From an uncultured bacterium (GTDB lineage Bacteria > Patescibacteriota > Minisyncoccia > Phycocordibacterales > UBA5272): a stretch of 43,007 bases of DNA. Position numbers and translations under genes: made by a program. The stretch lies in contig CAILKS010000022.1 of NCBI GenBank assembly GCA_903834855.1, forward strand, positions 1 to 43,007, written 5' to 3'. Under the pieces are notes generated by a model. That model worked only from the letters and a program-made list of their open reading frames with translations, made no database searches and was not told where the DNA came from. Below, in pieces: positions 7,900-16,216 of this stretch (positions are counted from its first letter, which is position 1; every line of letters begins with the position of its first letter).

Positions 7900-9615
7900 A
7901 TGGATACGGCATCAATAAACTCAATAATTAAATCAAGAAAAGAAAAATTTCTCACTGTTTATAAAACACTTACACCTGAGAAAGTAATCGTCGTCTGGCT
8001 ACTTATAATATTGGCCGGTGTTTTACTGTTCGCTTCATTACTTCAAATAAATAACCGTTATCTTTTATCTGTACCCTCTCGTGGTGGATACATACATGAA
8101 GGCATATTAGGAACACCTCGTTTTATTAATCCAGTACTTGCCTCATCTGACGCTGATAAAGATATGGTGGGATTAATTTATGCCGGCCTTACTAAACGTG
8201 ATTATACAGGAAATATAATTCTTGATGTAGCGTCTTCAATAGAAGAAAGTTCTGATAAGCTTCACTATAATATAAAAATAAAACCTGAGGCTCGTTTTAG
8301 TGATAATACACACGTTAAAGCTGATGACTTTATCTATACCATTTCTCTAATACAAAACCCTCTTATAAAAAGTACACACCGTGTTGAATGGGAAGGTATA
8401 ACTATTGAAAAAATTAGTGACTCAGAGTTTTCTATATCACTAAAAAAAGCGTATCCATTATTTATGAATGTCTTAACTATTGGAATACTTCCAAAACATA
8501 TCTGGAAAAATTTAACAGAAGAACAAATTAGTCTAAGTGATTTAAATATTCATGCAATAGGAAGTGGCCCGTTTTATATAAAAAATATTACAAGTGTTTC
8601 TGGTATACCTATATCTTTCACACTTTCAGAAAATAAATACTACACACTTGGACGTCCAAACATACAAGAAGTTGTCATCACAAGTTATCAAAATGAAAAA
8701 TATTTAATTCAAGCTTTTCAAAATGGTGATATAGACAGATTACATGGTGTATCTTCAGAAAATATAGCAGGTTTACAAGTTGCTACAAGCTCTATACGTA
8801 CATCACTTTTGCCTCGTACCTTTAGTGTATTTTTTAATCCAAATAAAACTGATTTCCTTTCTGATAAAAAAATCCGTTCTGCTTTAAATATGGCCATTAA
8901 TAAGCAAGCAATAATAAATGATGTTCTAAAAGGTTACGGAAAAGTTATTGAGACTCCTTTCCCTTTTGATGAAGACCAACCAGAATCTACTTATAATAAA
9001 GAAGGCGCAATAAAAATACTTAGCCAAAGTAAATATTTAAAAAAGGCATCTAGTACTATTGAAATAACTCTATCAACTACAAACAATAGTGAAATGAAAA
9101 AGATAGCTGAAATGATACAAAAAGACTGGGAGGATGTTGGCGTACATACGACTCTAGCTGTTTATGAGGTTGCAGACCTAAACCAAAGTGTTATAAAAGA
9201 AAGAGATTTTCAAGCTTTATTATATGGTTCAATTACCAGCTCTCCTGCTGATTTATATGCGTTTTGGCATTCATCACAGAGATCTTATCCAGGATTAAAC
9301 ATATCTAATTATGTAAGTAAAAAATTAGATTCTAACTTAGAAATAATACGTGAGGACGAAGACGAATTAACTAGAATAAATGCCTATGCTTCAGTAAAAG
9401 CAGAGTTTGCTGATGAAGTTCCGGGAATATTTTTATTTGCTCCATCACTTATATATGTAACTCGTGATTTTGTTAATTCCCCTCTTCCTATATATAGTTT
9501 AGATAATTCTTCAAGATTTGATCTTGTATCTTCTTGGTATAGATATACGGAGAAAGTTTGGCCTAAGACATATTACAAAAAATTATTAACAACATTAGAA
9601 AATATTATTCATTAA
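7900..9615 (+). CDS. Family-5 (peptide/nickel type) ABC substrate-binding protein with an N-terminal TM anchor
   Basis: SBP_bac_5-like motifs (YNIKIKPEARFSDNTHVKADDFIYT). The size (571 aa) and a single N-terminal hydrophobic helix also fit. No permease or ATPase genes are adjacent. Confidence 0.75.
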   Translation: MDTASINSIIKSRKEKFLTVYKTLTPEKVIVVWLLIILAGVLLFASLLQINNRYLLSVPSRGGYIHEGILGTPRFINPVLASSDADKDMVGLIYAGLTKRDYTGNIILDVASSIEESSDKLHYNIKIKPEARFSDNTHVKADDFIYTISLIQNPLIKSTHRVEWEGITIEKISDSEFSISLKKAYPLFMNVLTIGILPKHIWKNLTEEQISLSDLNIHAIGSGPFYIKNITSVSGIPISFTLSENKYYTLGRPNIQEVVITSYQNEKYLIQAFQNGDIDRLHGVSSENIAGLQVATSSIRTSLLPRTFSVFFNPNKTDFLSDKKIRSALNMAINKQAIINDVLKGYGKVIETPFPFDEDQPESTYNKEGAIKILSQSKYLKKASSTIEITLSTTNNSEMKKIAEMIQKDWEDVGVHTTLAVYEVADLNQSVIKERDFQALLYGSITSSPADLYAFWHSSQRSYPGLNISNYVSKKLDSNLEIIREDEDELTRINAYASVKAEFADEVPGIFLFAPSLIYVTRDFVNSPLPIYSLDNSSRFDLVSSWYRYTEKVWPKTYYKKLLTTLENIIH

Positions 9616-9630
9616 AATTAACAAAAAAAT

Positions 9631-11517
9631 ATGACAACAAATAACACAGCAGAAGGAGGAGAATTAATAATAGAATCTCCTATCGGAATAACCACACCCC
9701 CACCAGCACAAACACGTAAACCGTTTGATCGTAATAGTGGTGGACGCGGTAGATCAGGTGGTAGTAGAGGTCGCCCTGTATCTGGTCCAAAATTTGATAC
9801 AACAATATCAACGAAAAGAGAAACTGACCACATCCCACCATTAAAAGATGGCGACATTCGTGTGATACATTTTGGTGGAGTAGAAGAGATCGGAAGAAAT
9901 ATGAGTATGATTGAATATAAAGATTCAATCATTGTAGTTGACTGTGGAGTACAATTTACAGAAACTCACACACCTGGTATTGATTTTATTTTACCAAATG
10001 CAAAATATCTAGAAGAAAACCGTCACAAAATAAAAGGTGTGATGATAACTCATGGGCACTTGGATCACATTGGAGCTATTCCTTATATCATGCCACGTAT
10101 TGGTAATCCTCAGATCTATGCACGCTTATTTACTTCACTTATGATAAAGAAGCGTCAGGAAGAATTTCCTCATCTTTCACCGCTTACAATAAACGTTGTG
10201 GAGAAGGAGGATTCCCTATCTTTTGGAGACCTTAAAATAAGATTTTTTGGAGTATCCCACGCTATACCGGATGCTATGGGTATTATTGTTGAGACTCCAC
10301 TTGGAGATATTGTTCACACTGGAGATCTTCGTCTTGATCATGATAATGATATACCAACAGATACAGAAGTTGAACGCTACAAGATTTTTGAAAATAAAAA
10401 TGTTCTCCTTCTTATGGCAGATTCTACGAATTGTGAAAACCCAGGATTTTCTATTTCTGATCGTGTAGTATTTAAAAATATTGAAAATGTTATTAAAGAT
10501 ACACCAGGAAGATTAATTGTTAGTACTTTCGCCTCTCAGGTGGAGCGCATGATATATATGTTAAAAACTGCTGAGGATTATGGTAAGAAAGTGGTTATTG
10601 AAGGCCGAAGTATGAAAACTAACGTAGAAGTAGCGCGCCTTGCTGATATGCTTCATATTCGCCCAGAAACACTCATCCCTATCGAAGATTTACAGCGTTA
10701 TCCTGATAATAAAGTAGTTATAATGGCCACAGGTGCTCAAGGTGAGGAATTTGCTGCATTGGGCCGTATTGCTAATAAAACACACAAATACGTGCGTTTA
10801 ACCCCACGTGACACCATATTAATGTCTTCATCTATAGTTCCTGGTAACGAGCGTGCTGTACAAAACTTGAAAGATAAACTTTCTCGCCAAGGAGCTCATC
10901 TAATACACTATAAGACATCTGATATACATTCATCAGGTCACGCGAATTCTGAAGAACTTGTTTGGATACACCGAAAAATTCATCCTAAGTTTTTTATTCC
11001 AGTTCATGGATATCACTATATGCTTCGTATGCATGCTGATATAGAAAAACGTTTAGGTATGATGGAAGAAAATATTCTTGTCCCAGATAATGGAATGATT
11101 ATTGAAATCCAAAATGAAGGAAAGAAAATTGTGGCGTTGAAAGAAAAGGCACCTTGCGAATTAATTGTTGTTGATGGAACTTCAGTTGGAAAAATTCAAG
11201 ATGTTGTTATGCGTGATCGTCAAACACTTGCAGAAGATGGTATGTTTGTTGTAATCGGTGTTATTGATAGTCACACTCATACATTGAAAAAATCCCCTGA
11301 CTTGATTTCTCGTGGATTCGTTTATCTAAAAGAATCTCAAGAACTTCTCTATCAAACAAGACTTCTAACTAAAAAAGTTATAGAGGACTCACTTGCTAAG
11401 GGTGGTTTTGTAAACTTAGATCAAATGAAACAAGATATATCGGAAGCAACTACGAAATTCTTGTTACAAAAAACTGCAAAGCGACCCGTTATCATACCGG
11501 TAATAATTAGTATATAG
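9631..11517 (+). CDS. rnj: Ribonuclease J (metallo-beta-lactamase/beta-CASP) with a ~75-aa Arg/Gly-rich N-terminal extension
   Basis: ITHGHLDHIGAIPY motif, beta-CASP motifs (DSTN, SGHA) and a C-terminal domain. The N-terminus reads NSGGRGRSGGSRGRPVSG. Confidence 0.9.
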   Translation: MTTNNTAEGGELIIESPIGITTPPPAQTRKPFDRNSGGRGRSGGSRGRPVSGPKFDTTISTKRETDHIPPLKDGDIRVIHFGGVEEIGRNMSMIEYKDSIIVVDCGVQFTETHTPGIDFILPNAKYLEENRHKIKGVMITHGHLDHIGAIPYIMPRIGNPQIYARLFTSLMIKKRQEEFPHLSPLTINVVEKEDSLSFGDLKIRFFGVSHAIPDAMGIIVETPLGDIVHTGDLRLDHDNDIPTDTEVERYKIFENKNVLLLMADSTNCENPGFSISDRVVFKNIENVIKDTPGRLIVSTFASQVERMIYMLKTAEDYGKKVVIEGRSMKTNVEVARLADMLHIRPETLIPIEDLQRYPDNKVVIMATGAQGEEFAALGRIANKTHKYVRLTPRDTILMSSSIVPGNERAVQNLKDKLSRQGAHLIHYKTSDIHSSGHANSEELVWIHRKIHPKFFIPVHGYHYMLRMHADIEKRLGMMEENILVPDNGMIIEIQNEGKKIVALKEKAPCELIVVDGTSVGKIQDVVMRDRQTLAEDGMFVVIGVIDSHTHTLKKSPDLISRGFVYLKESQELLYQTRLLTKKVIEDSLAKGGFVNLDQMKQDISEATTKFLLQKTAKRPVIIPVIISI

Positions 11518-11564
11518 AGATTGGAGAATGGGAAATTTTATACTTTTGTAAATTATAGTTACAA

Positions 11565-11656
11565 AAGGTCTAAGGTCTAATTTCTAATTCACCTAATGGA
11601 ATGCGGGTGCTAAAGTATTTTTATTAGACCTTAGAAATTAGGTTAATTAGGCCTTG
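11565..11656. mobile_element. 92-bp MITE-like palindromic element flanked by a perfect 17-bp direct repeat (GTAAATTATAGTTACAA at 11548-11564 and 11657-11673)
   Basis: The termini AAGGTCTAA ... TTAGGCCTT are inverted, and the internal arms TCTAAGGTCTAAT / ATTAGACCTTAGA pair. A second copy lies at 39255-39352 in the opposite orientation, estimated by eye at 85% identity over about 80 nt. Confidence 0.6.
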
Positions 11657-11739
11657 GTAAATTATAGTTACAATTTTGTATTTTATATATTACTGCCCAC
11701 TAGTCACTGCTTACTGCTCACTGTATACTATAAACACAT

Positions 11740-12909
11740 ATGCAAGCTATAACTCGCAATAAACTTCTTCTTGCAACATTTTTGATGACTATACTTTATG
11801 CCTTTCATTACGGCATACCTTTATATGTAACATCAACTTATTTGCATATATATTTTGGCTCATCTACCATATCGTCACTCTATGTAATTGCTAGCTTGGT
11901 TACATTGTTAGCGTCAATACATACAGCTAAATATATAAAAAAATTCCATACCTATACTTTTACAATGATGCTCGTTATTGCTGAAATGATAGTTATGACA
12001 GCTTTTGCTATAACAAAAAATCCTATACTGATTGGTTTATTTTTTGTCGTTCATTTTTGTCTACAAACATTGTTATATATATTAATAAATGTATTTGTAG
12101 AAACCTTTAGCAAACAGGCAAACACTGGAAGTGTCAGAGGAATATTTTTAGTTTTACTAAACCTTGGAATACTTATTTCACCAATTATTGGAGGAGCTAT
12201 ATTAACAAGAGGATCTTTCGCGGCACTTTATATAGTATCAACTGTTATATTAGTTCCTTTTATGTTTTTTCTACATCAATATTTAAATCATATAGAAGAA
12301 CCAGCTTATCATAGTGTAGATATGATCAGCGCCCTTAAACGTGCCTGGAAAAATAAAGACTTAAAAGGAGCATTAATTGCCTCATTAATGCTTGAATGTT
12401 TTTATGCTGTTATGGTTATTTATTCACCCATATATTTAGCATCACTTGGAATACCTCTTGTAATATATTTATCTGTTATATTACCTTTCGCTTTATTACC
12501 ATTTATAATTTTGCCATATGAGCTAGGCTGGCTGGCAGATACAAAAATTGGTGAGAAAGAACTTATGATTTTAGGATTAATTATTGTCTCAGTTTCTTTG
12601 TTTTTAATGGTAATTGTAAATACTCCAAATATAATACTTTGGATTTTAATACTTTTGCTTTCTCGCATAGGTGCAGCTTGTGTTGAAACAATGACTTATA
12701 CTTATTACTTTAAAAAAATATCTGCTGAGGATACTTCTTTAACAGCTTTATTTAGTAATACAAGAAGCCTGGCAATTATAATAATTGGAGCTCTTGGATT
12801 TTTAATAAATCCACTACTTGCGACTTATCCGCAAATAATATTTATAATTCTAGGTTCAGTAATATTATTTAGTATTTTATACATAATACCTATTAAAGAT
12901 ACTCGTTAA
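11740..12909 (+). CDS. MFS-type transporter
   Basis: 389 aa with about 12 hydrophobic segments in a 6+6 layout around a central loop. Confidence 0.65.
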   Translation: MQAITRNKLLLATFLMTILYAFHYGIPLYVTSTYLHIYFGSSTISSLYVIASLVTLLASIHTAKYIKKFHTYTFTMMLVIAEMIVMTAFAITKNPILIGLFFVVHFCLQTLLYILINVFVETFSKQANTGSVRGIFLVLLNLGILISPIIGGAILTRGSFAALYIVSTVILVPFMFFLHQYLNHIEEPAYHSVDMISALKRAWKNKDLKGALIASLMLECFYAVMVIYSPIYLASLGIPLVIYLSVILPFALLPFIILPYELGWLADTKIGEKELMILGLIIVSVSLFLMVIVNTPNIILWILILLLSRIGAACVETMTYTYYFKKISAEDTSLTALFSNTRSLAIIIIGALGFLINPLLATYPQIIFIILGSVILFSILYIIPIKDTR

Positions 12910-12920
12910 TAAAAAACAAA

Positions 12921-13613
12921 ATGAAAACTATACAAGTTAAAATTGATGAGGTAACTCGTCTCAATAAATTCTTAAGCGAACAAGGTATTGTCTCTAGAAG
13001 AAATGCAGATGAGCTTATAAAAAATAAACTAGTAACAATTAATGAGAAAGTTGCTGTGCTTGGCGACAAAGTAAAAACTGGTGACATTGTTTCATTTAAA
13101 AAAATAGAAACACCTCTTACCTATGCTCTCTACTATAAACCTCGTGGAGAAATTACAGGAAGGATTCCAAGTCTTCCTGGATGCGAACCAATCGGAAGAC
13201 TAGATAAAGAAAGTGAAGGTCTACTTCTTTATACAAATGATTACAGGGTTGTAGATGCTGTACTTCACCCAATACACGCACGAGAAAAAGAATATGAAGT
13301 ACAAGTACGTGAAAAGACAACACCTCGAGTTGTTACATTACTTAAGCGTGGTATAAAAACTCAAGAAGCTACTTATTCCCCTGTTAAAAGTGTTCAAATA
13401 TATGGAGAAGGACGCAGTATTCGTATTATTATTACCGAAGGAAAAAAACATGAGATTCGCAGAATGTTAAACGCTCTTAACTTAACAGTGCTATCTCTTA
13501 AGCGAGTTCGTATTATGTCTTTTGTATCTCACGGATTGAAAGCTGGTACACCACATATATTAAGTCCAAAACAAAAAGAAACTTTATTGAAAGACTGTGG
13601 AGTAGAGGGATAA
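12921..13613 (+). CDS. Pseudouridine synthase, RsuA/RluB family, with an S4 domain
   Basis: An S4-like N-terminus (RLNKFLSEQGIVSRRNADELI), the catalytic GRLDKESEGLLLYTND motif, and KEYEVQV and GKKHEIRRM. Confidence 0.85.
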   Translation: MKTIQVKIDEVTRLNKFLSEQGIVSRRNADELIKNKLVTINEKVAVLGDKVKTGDIVSFKKIETPLTYALYYKPRGEITGRIPSLPGCEPIGRLDKESEGLLLYTNDYRVVDAVLHPIHAREKEYEVQVREKTTPRVVTLLKRGIKTQEATYSPVKSVQIYGEGRSIRIIITEGKKHEIRRMLNALNLTVLSLKRVRIMSFVSHGLKAGTPHILSPKQKETLLKDCGVEG

Positions 13614-13719
13614 TATTCAATGAAACAATATTCAATAATTAATGAAGCATTCATATTGTATTATTAAATGTATATTATCTCTATTCTAATTATATATTGA
13701 GTATTGTTTCATTGAATAT
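13613..13719. repeat. 25-bp inverted repeat (1 mismatch) with a 57-nt spacer, immediately after the stop codon of the pseudouridine synthase gene
   Basis: ATATTCAATGAAACAATATTCAATA (13613-13637) pairs with TATTGAGTATTGTTTCATTGAATAT (13695-13719). Confidence 0.75.
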
Positions 13720-13799
13720 TTATTGCGTCTGTATCTTCGTGTCTGTTTAAATATTGAATATTAAAAAACATTGAATATTTTGAGTATTCTCAACATGTG

Positions 13800-14160
13800 A
13801 ATAACTCTCTTGTCTAGCCCTTGAGTATAACTTGTGGTTTGATACACTAATTAGTAGACAGTTGTTTCATTATCAGCTTTTAGTACCAGGAAAGAACATT
13901 AATAAGTTCTTGAAGTCTATGAGATGAGATTGGACTTATAAACCGATCTCGTCTATGCCGATAAAAAAGCAGATGCGGCTTCAAACAACTGGAAGTAACA
14001 TATTCTAAAGTTTGAAAAAGTTTTGGAAGAATTGCTAACAATAAAAACGGAAGCCTAAGAAGCAACCGCAACGCATCAAACAAAGACGTCGAATTTATTT
14101 AAAAAATAATTAAGACAAAACAGAAACCGCCATACTTACCAGAGGGGCGGTTTTTGTTTT
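13800..14160 (+). ncRNA. Candidate orphan transcript of unknown identity, ending in an intrinsic terminator
   Basis: No credible ORF on either strand, moderately raised GC, and it ends in the terminator at 14124-14160. The 5' end is not defined. Confidence 0.3.
14124..14160 (+). terminator. Intrinsic terminator (AAACCGCC-loop-GGCGGTTT followed by TTGTTTTTT)
   Basis: An 8-bp GC-containing stem followed by a T-tract on the plus strand. Confidence 0.6.
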
Positions 14161-14810
14161 TTATCCATATATTGCTCCATCTACTTCGCTATTAAAAATT
14201 TTTATTCCTGCGCCGTATATCTATATACGTCTTAGTCTTAAAAACTTTTAATAACTCGTATCTGAAACAATATCTGAATAAAAAATATAGTTGGTCTACT
14301 TTGTCGTGGGTCCCTGCCGACTTCGCAAGCGGTGCGGTAACTACGTCTCCTCGTTGGCCTTCCCGCGCCGCGTATTTGTCGCTGTAAAAAAGTAACTACG
14401 AGTTTTGTTTTTATCCATGCCTTGTATCTATCAGTTTATAAAAAACAAAGAATTAGATTTTGCCTAAGACGCATCTGCTTCGTTAGAAAGAAATTTTATT
14501 TTGGCTAGCGAGGAGTTAAATAAAAAAGTAATCTTTTATATTTAATCCGAGCGACGACAAAAAACTCTTTCGTCAACGTACTACTTGTACGTCTCCTCAT
14601 AAAATTTCTTTCTGCCTTGCATCTATCGTCTTATGCAAACAAAAGTTTGGATTTAATCGCAAAAATTTCCTGCGCCTCGTCTCTGTATCCTTATAAAAAA
14701 GAAACTGTGTGAGCCTCGTATCTATTGTCTTATACAAACAAAGGTTTGGATTTAATTACAAAAAATTTCTGCGCCTTGCATCCGTCGTCTTATGCCAACA
14801 AAAAAGTTAT
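14161..14810. repeat. Degenerate tandem array, about 9 copies of a ~35-nt unit (consensus approx. CTGCGCCTYGYATCTATCGTCTTATRCAAACAAAAAG), including a ~100-bp tandem duplication (14611-14710 vs 14711-14810)
   Basis: Units start near 14208, 14255, 14362, 14417, 14461, 14611, 14668, 14711 and 14768. The interspersed word GTTTGGATTTAATYRCAAAAA occurs twice. Confidence 0.7.
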
Positions 14811-14889
14811 CTAAAAATATAATAAAAAATAGCTATGATAAAAGGTAACCCGAGTATTAGTGAAATTAATTTTTTATCTGGTTCAGTCA

Positions 14890-14925
14890 TTTTTTTGAAA
14901 ATTGATAATTGATAATTGATAATTA
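14890..14925 (+). repeat. Family-A heptad tract (TTTTTTGAAAATTGATAATTGATAATTGATAATTA)
   Basis: Direct reading. It abuts the 3' end of the minus-strand Ddl-like gene. Confidence 0.75.
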
Positions 14926-14940
14926 CTCATTTATCCTAAA

Positions 14941-15876
14941 TTAATGATTATTTATAAATGAGTGCACGTATTGCCCTAAATTTACCCCTGTTGTTGCTAA
15001 TGATTGCAAGAAACGTCCGTCCTTTGAAAGCGACGGCTTAACATCGACATTAATGACCATATAGCCGTCTTTGTATGGGATCATGTCAATTAACGCATGA
15101 CCTGAAAGGGCAAGCGCTTCATAGGCAGATTCTGCCGCTTTACGTATAGCCTCATTCTCTTCTTCCCCTGCTTTAAATACTGCTCTCATTGGATGATCTT
15201 TCCTCGGTATAGATTTTAACGGAGCAAAAGTTTCCACAGCAAGTGGAGTGTACAGTTTATTTCCTCTAAATTTTGGAAGTACGGCAATGGATAAAGTTCT
15301 TGTGGGTTTATATGTAAATATATGAACATCTATATTATCATTATGATAATCAGCTAAAACTTTTTCTAAGTCTGTATATTGACGAACTAAAACTGATTCA
15401 TGTTCTCTATCTTTTTTAAGAGGCCTTACCATAAGTGGCGTGTGGAAAGTATTCCATACTGTTCTAAAAGTTTCTTTTGGTGTTTCTGTGTTTGCTCTTA
15501 CAACTAATGTTTTTGGAGTTGGTAATCCATGCTGACGAAACAGCCTATACATATCTTCTCTGTCTAACGTTATAGAATCATCATGAGAAAGAAGTAGCGG
15601 TATCCACATTTTTTTAGCAAGCTCTCTATGTGGTGCTTCTATATCTTGTGTTGTGTCGACAACATAATCAGCAATTGTAAAAACATAATGAGCATCTGTT
15701 GGTCTTCCTTTCATCGTCCAATTACCATCAACATCAATTAAAATATCGAGTGGCTCATATCCAATTCCCGTTAAAGAACGCAAAATATCTTGACCGTCTA
15801 AGAGAGACTGATTTGAATTAATCGTACCTCCACGAATGACTGCAATAATGTATGGAATAGCCGCTGTTGAATTCAT
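14941..15876 (-). CDS. D-alanine--D-alanine ligase-like ATP-grasp protein (divergent)
   Basis: The Ddl-like order of blocks is IIAVIRGGTINSNQSL..., LDREDMYRLFRQHGLPTP, PLMVRPLKK..., ALIDMIPYKDGYMVINVDVKPS. The start is moved to the ATG at 15876 (MNSTAAIPY) because TGCTATACT lies 6 nt upstream. Confidence 0.55.
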   Translation of the reverse strand: MNSTAAIPYIIAVIRGGTINSNQSLLDGQDILRSLTGIGYEPLDILIDVDGNWTMKGRPTDAHYVFTIADYVVDTTQDIEAPHRELAKKMWIPLLLSHDDSITLDREDMYRLFRQHGLPTPKTLVVRANTETPKETFRTVWNTFHTPLMVRPLKKDREHESVLVRQYTDLEKVLADYHNDNIDVHIFTYKPTRTLSIAVLPKFRGNKLYTPLAVETFAPLKSIPRKDHPMRAVFKAGEEENEAIRKAAESAYEALALSGHALIDMIPYKDGYMVINVDVKPSLSKDGRFLQSLATTGVNLGQYVHSFINNH

Positions 15877-15882
15877 GATTAT

Positions 15883-15891
15883 AGTATAGCA
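15883..15891 (-). promoter_or_regulatory. Extended -10 (TGCTATACT), 6 nt upstream of the Ddl-like ATG
   Basis: The minus strand reads TGCTATACT-ataatc-ATG. Confidence 0.45.
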
Positions 15892-15989
15892 AAAATAGGT
15901 TTTAGGTTGTAGGTGATAGGTTGTAGAAACTGAAAAATACACAGACTTGCTAATTTAATATACATTTATTAAAATAAAGTTCTCTACGT

Positions 15990-16129
15990 ATTATTTTCAT
16001 GTCGCCGTAAGACTTCCCATTACGCTGTTTCATGGATAATAAGGCTAAGGTATGCCAACTAATGGGTCGTAGCCTACTGACTACCTGTGACTGGCGGGAG
16101 ATTTAATCTCCCGACCAGTTTTCTTTTTA
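15990..16129 (+). ncRNA. Candidate small structured transcript (or 24-codon micro-ORF) ending in a strong intrinsic terminator
   Basis: Local GC rise and the hairpins CGTAA...TTACG and GGCTA...TAGCC. The terminator CTGGCGGGAGAT-tta-ATCTCCCGACCAG plus TTTTCTTTTT lies at 16091-16129. No plus-strand gene follows. Confidence 0.35.
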
Positions 16130-16147
16130 ACTAATAACCAATATATA

Positions 16148-16185
16148 AAAATACAGGTGGCCACTTCGTGGCCACCTGTATTTAC
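16148..16185. terminator. Perfect palindromic hairpin AAAATACAGGTGGCCAC-TTCG-GTGGCCACCTGTATTTT-type, a bidirectional terminator downstream of the FKBP gene
   Basis: A 14-17 bp stem with a TTCG loop and A/T runs on both sides. The 34-nt core is identical to 25849-25882. Confidence 0.8.
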
Positions 16186-16216
16186 TTTCAACTTTATGGA
16201 CTTTATAAACTTTTGA

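Noticed and set aside
13660-13692. dif-like core AATGTATATTAT (matches 12 nt of E. coli dif) inside the loop of the 25-bp inverted repeat.
   Set aside because: The flanking arms, especially the normally conserved XerD arm TTATGTTAAAT, do not match (TTATCTCTATT). A 12-mer made only of A, T and one G is weak evidence in this composition. It is kept only as something to test with a lineage-specific dif model.
14161-14810. Possible CRISPR array (regularly spaced ~35-nt units ending in AAAAAG/AAAAAC).
   Set aside because: By eye the units are only about 70-80% identical to each other. The 'spacers' are short (10-25 nt) and partly repeated themselves (GTTTGGATTTAAT... occurs twice). No cas genes or leader are present. 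It fits a degenerate tandem or mosaic repeat better.
15877-15942. N-terminal extensions in the track: Ddl-like to 15942, uvrB to 31880, transketolase to 42954, hicA to 37847, hicB to 38079, the 25956 gene to 26507, the 31803 ORF and the 40491 ORF.
   Set aside because: The track takes the longest ATG/GTG/TTG ORF. The extensions translate promoter sequence (TGCTATACT and similar) or start at TTG. Internal ATG or GTG starts are preceded by a -10 box at 6-12 nt or by an SD, and they give N-termini that align with the protein families.
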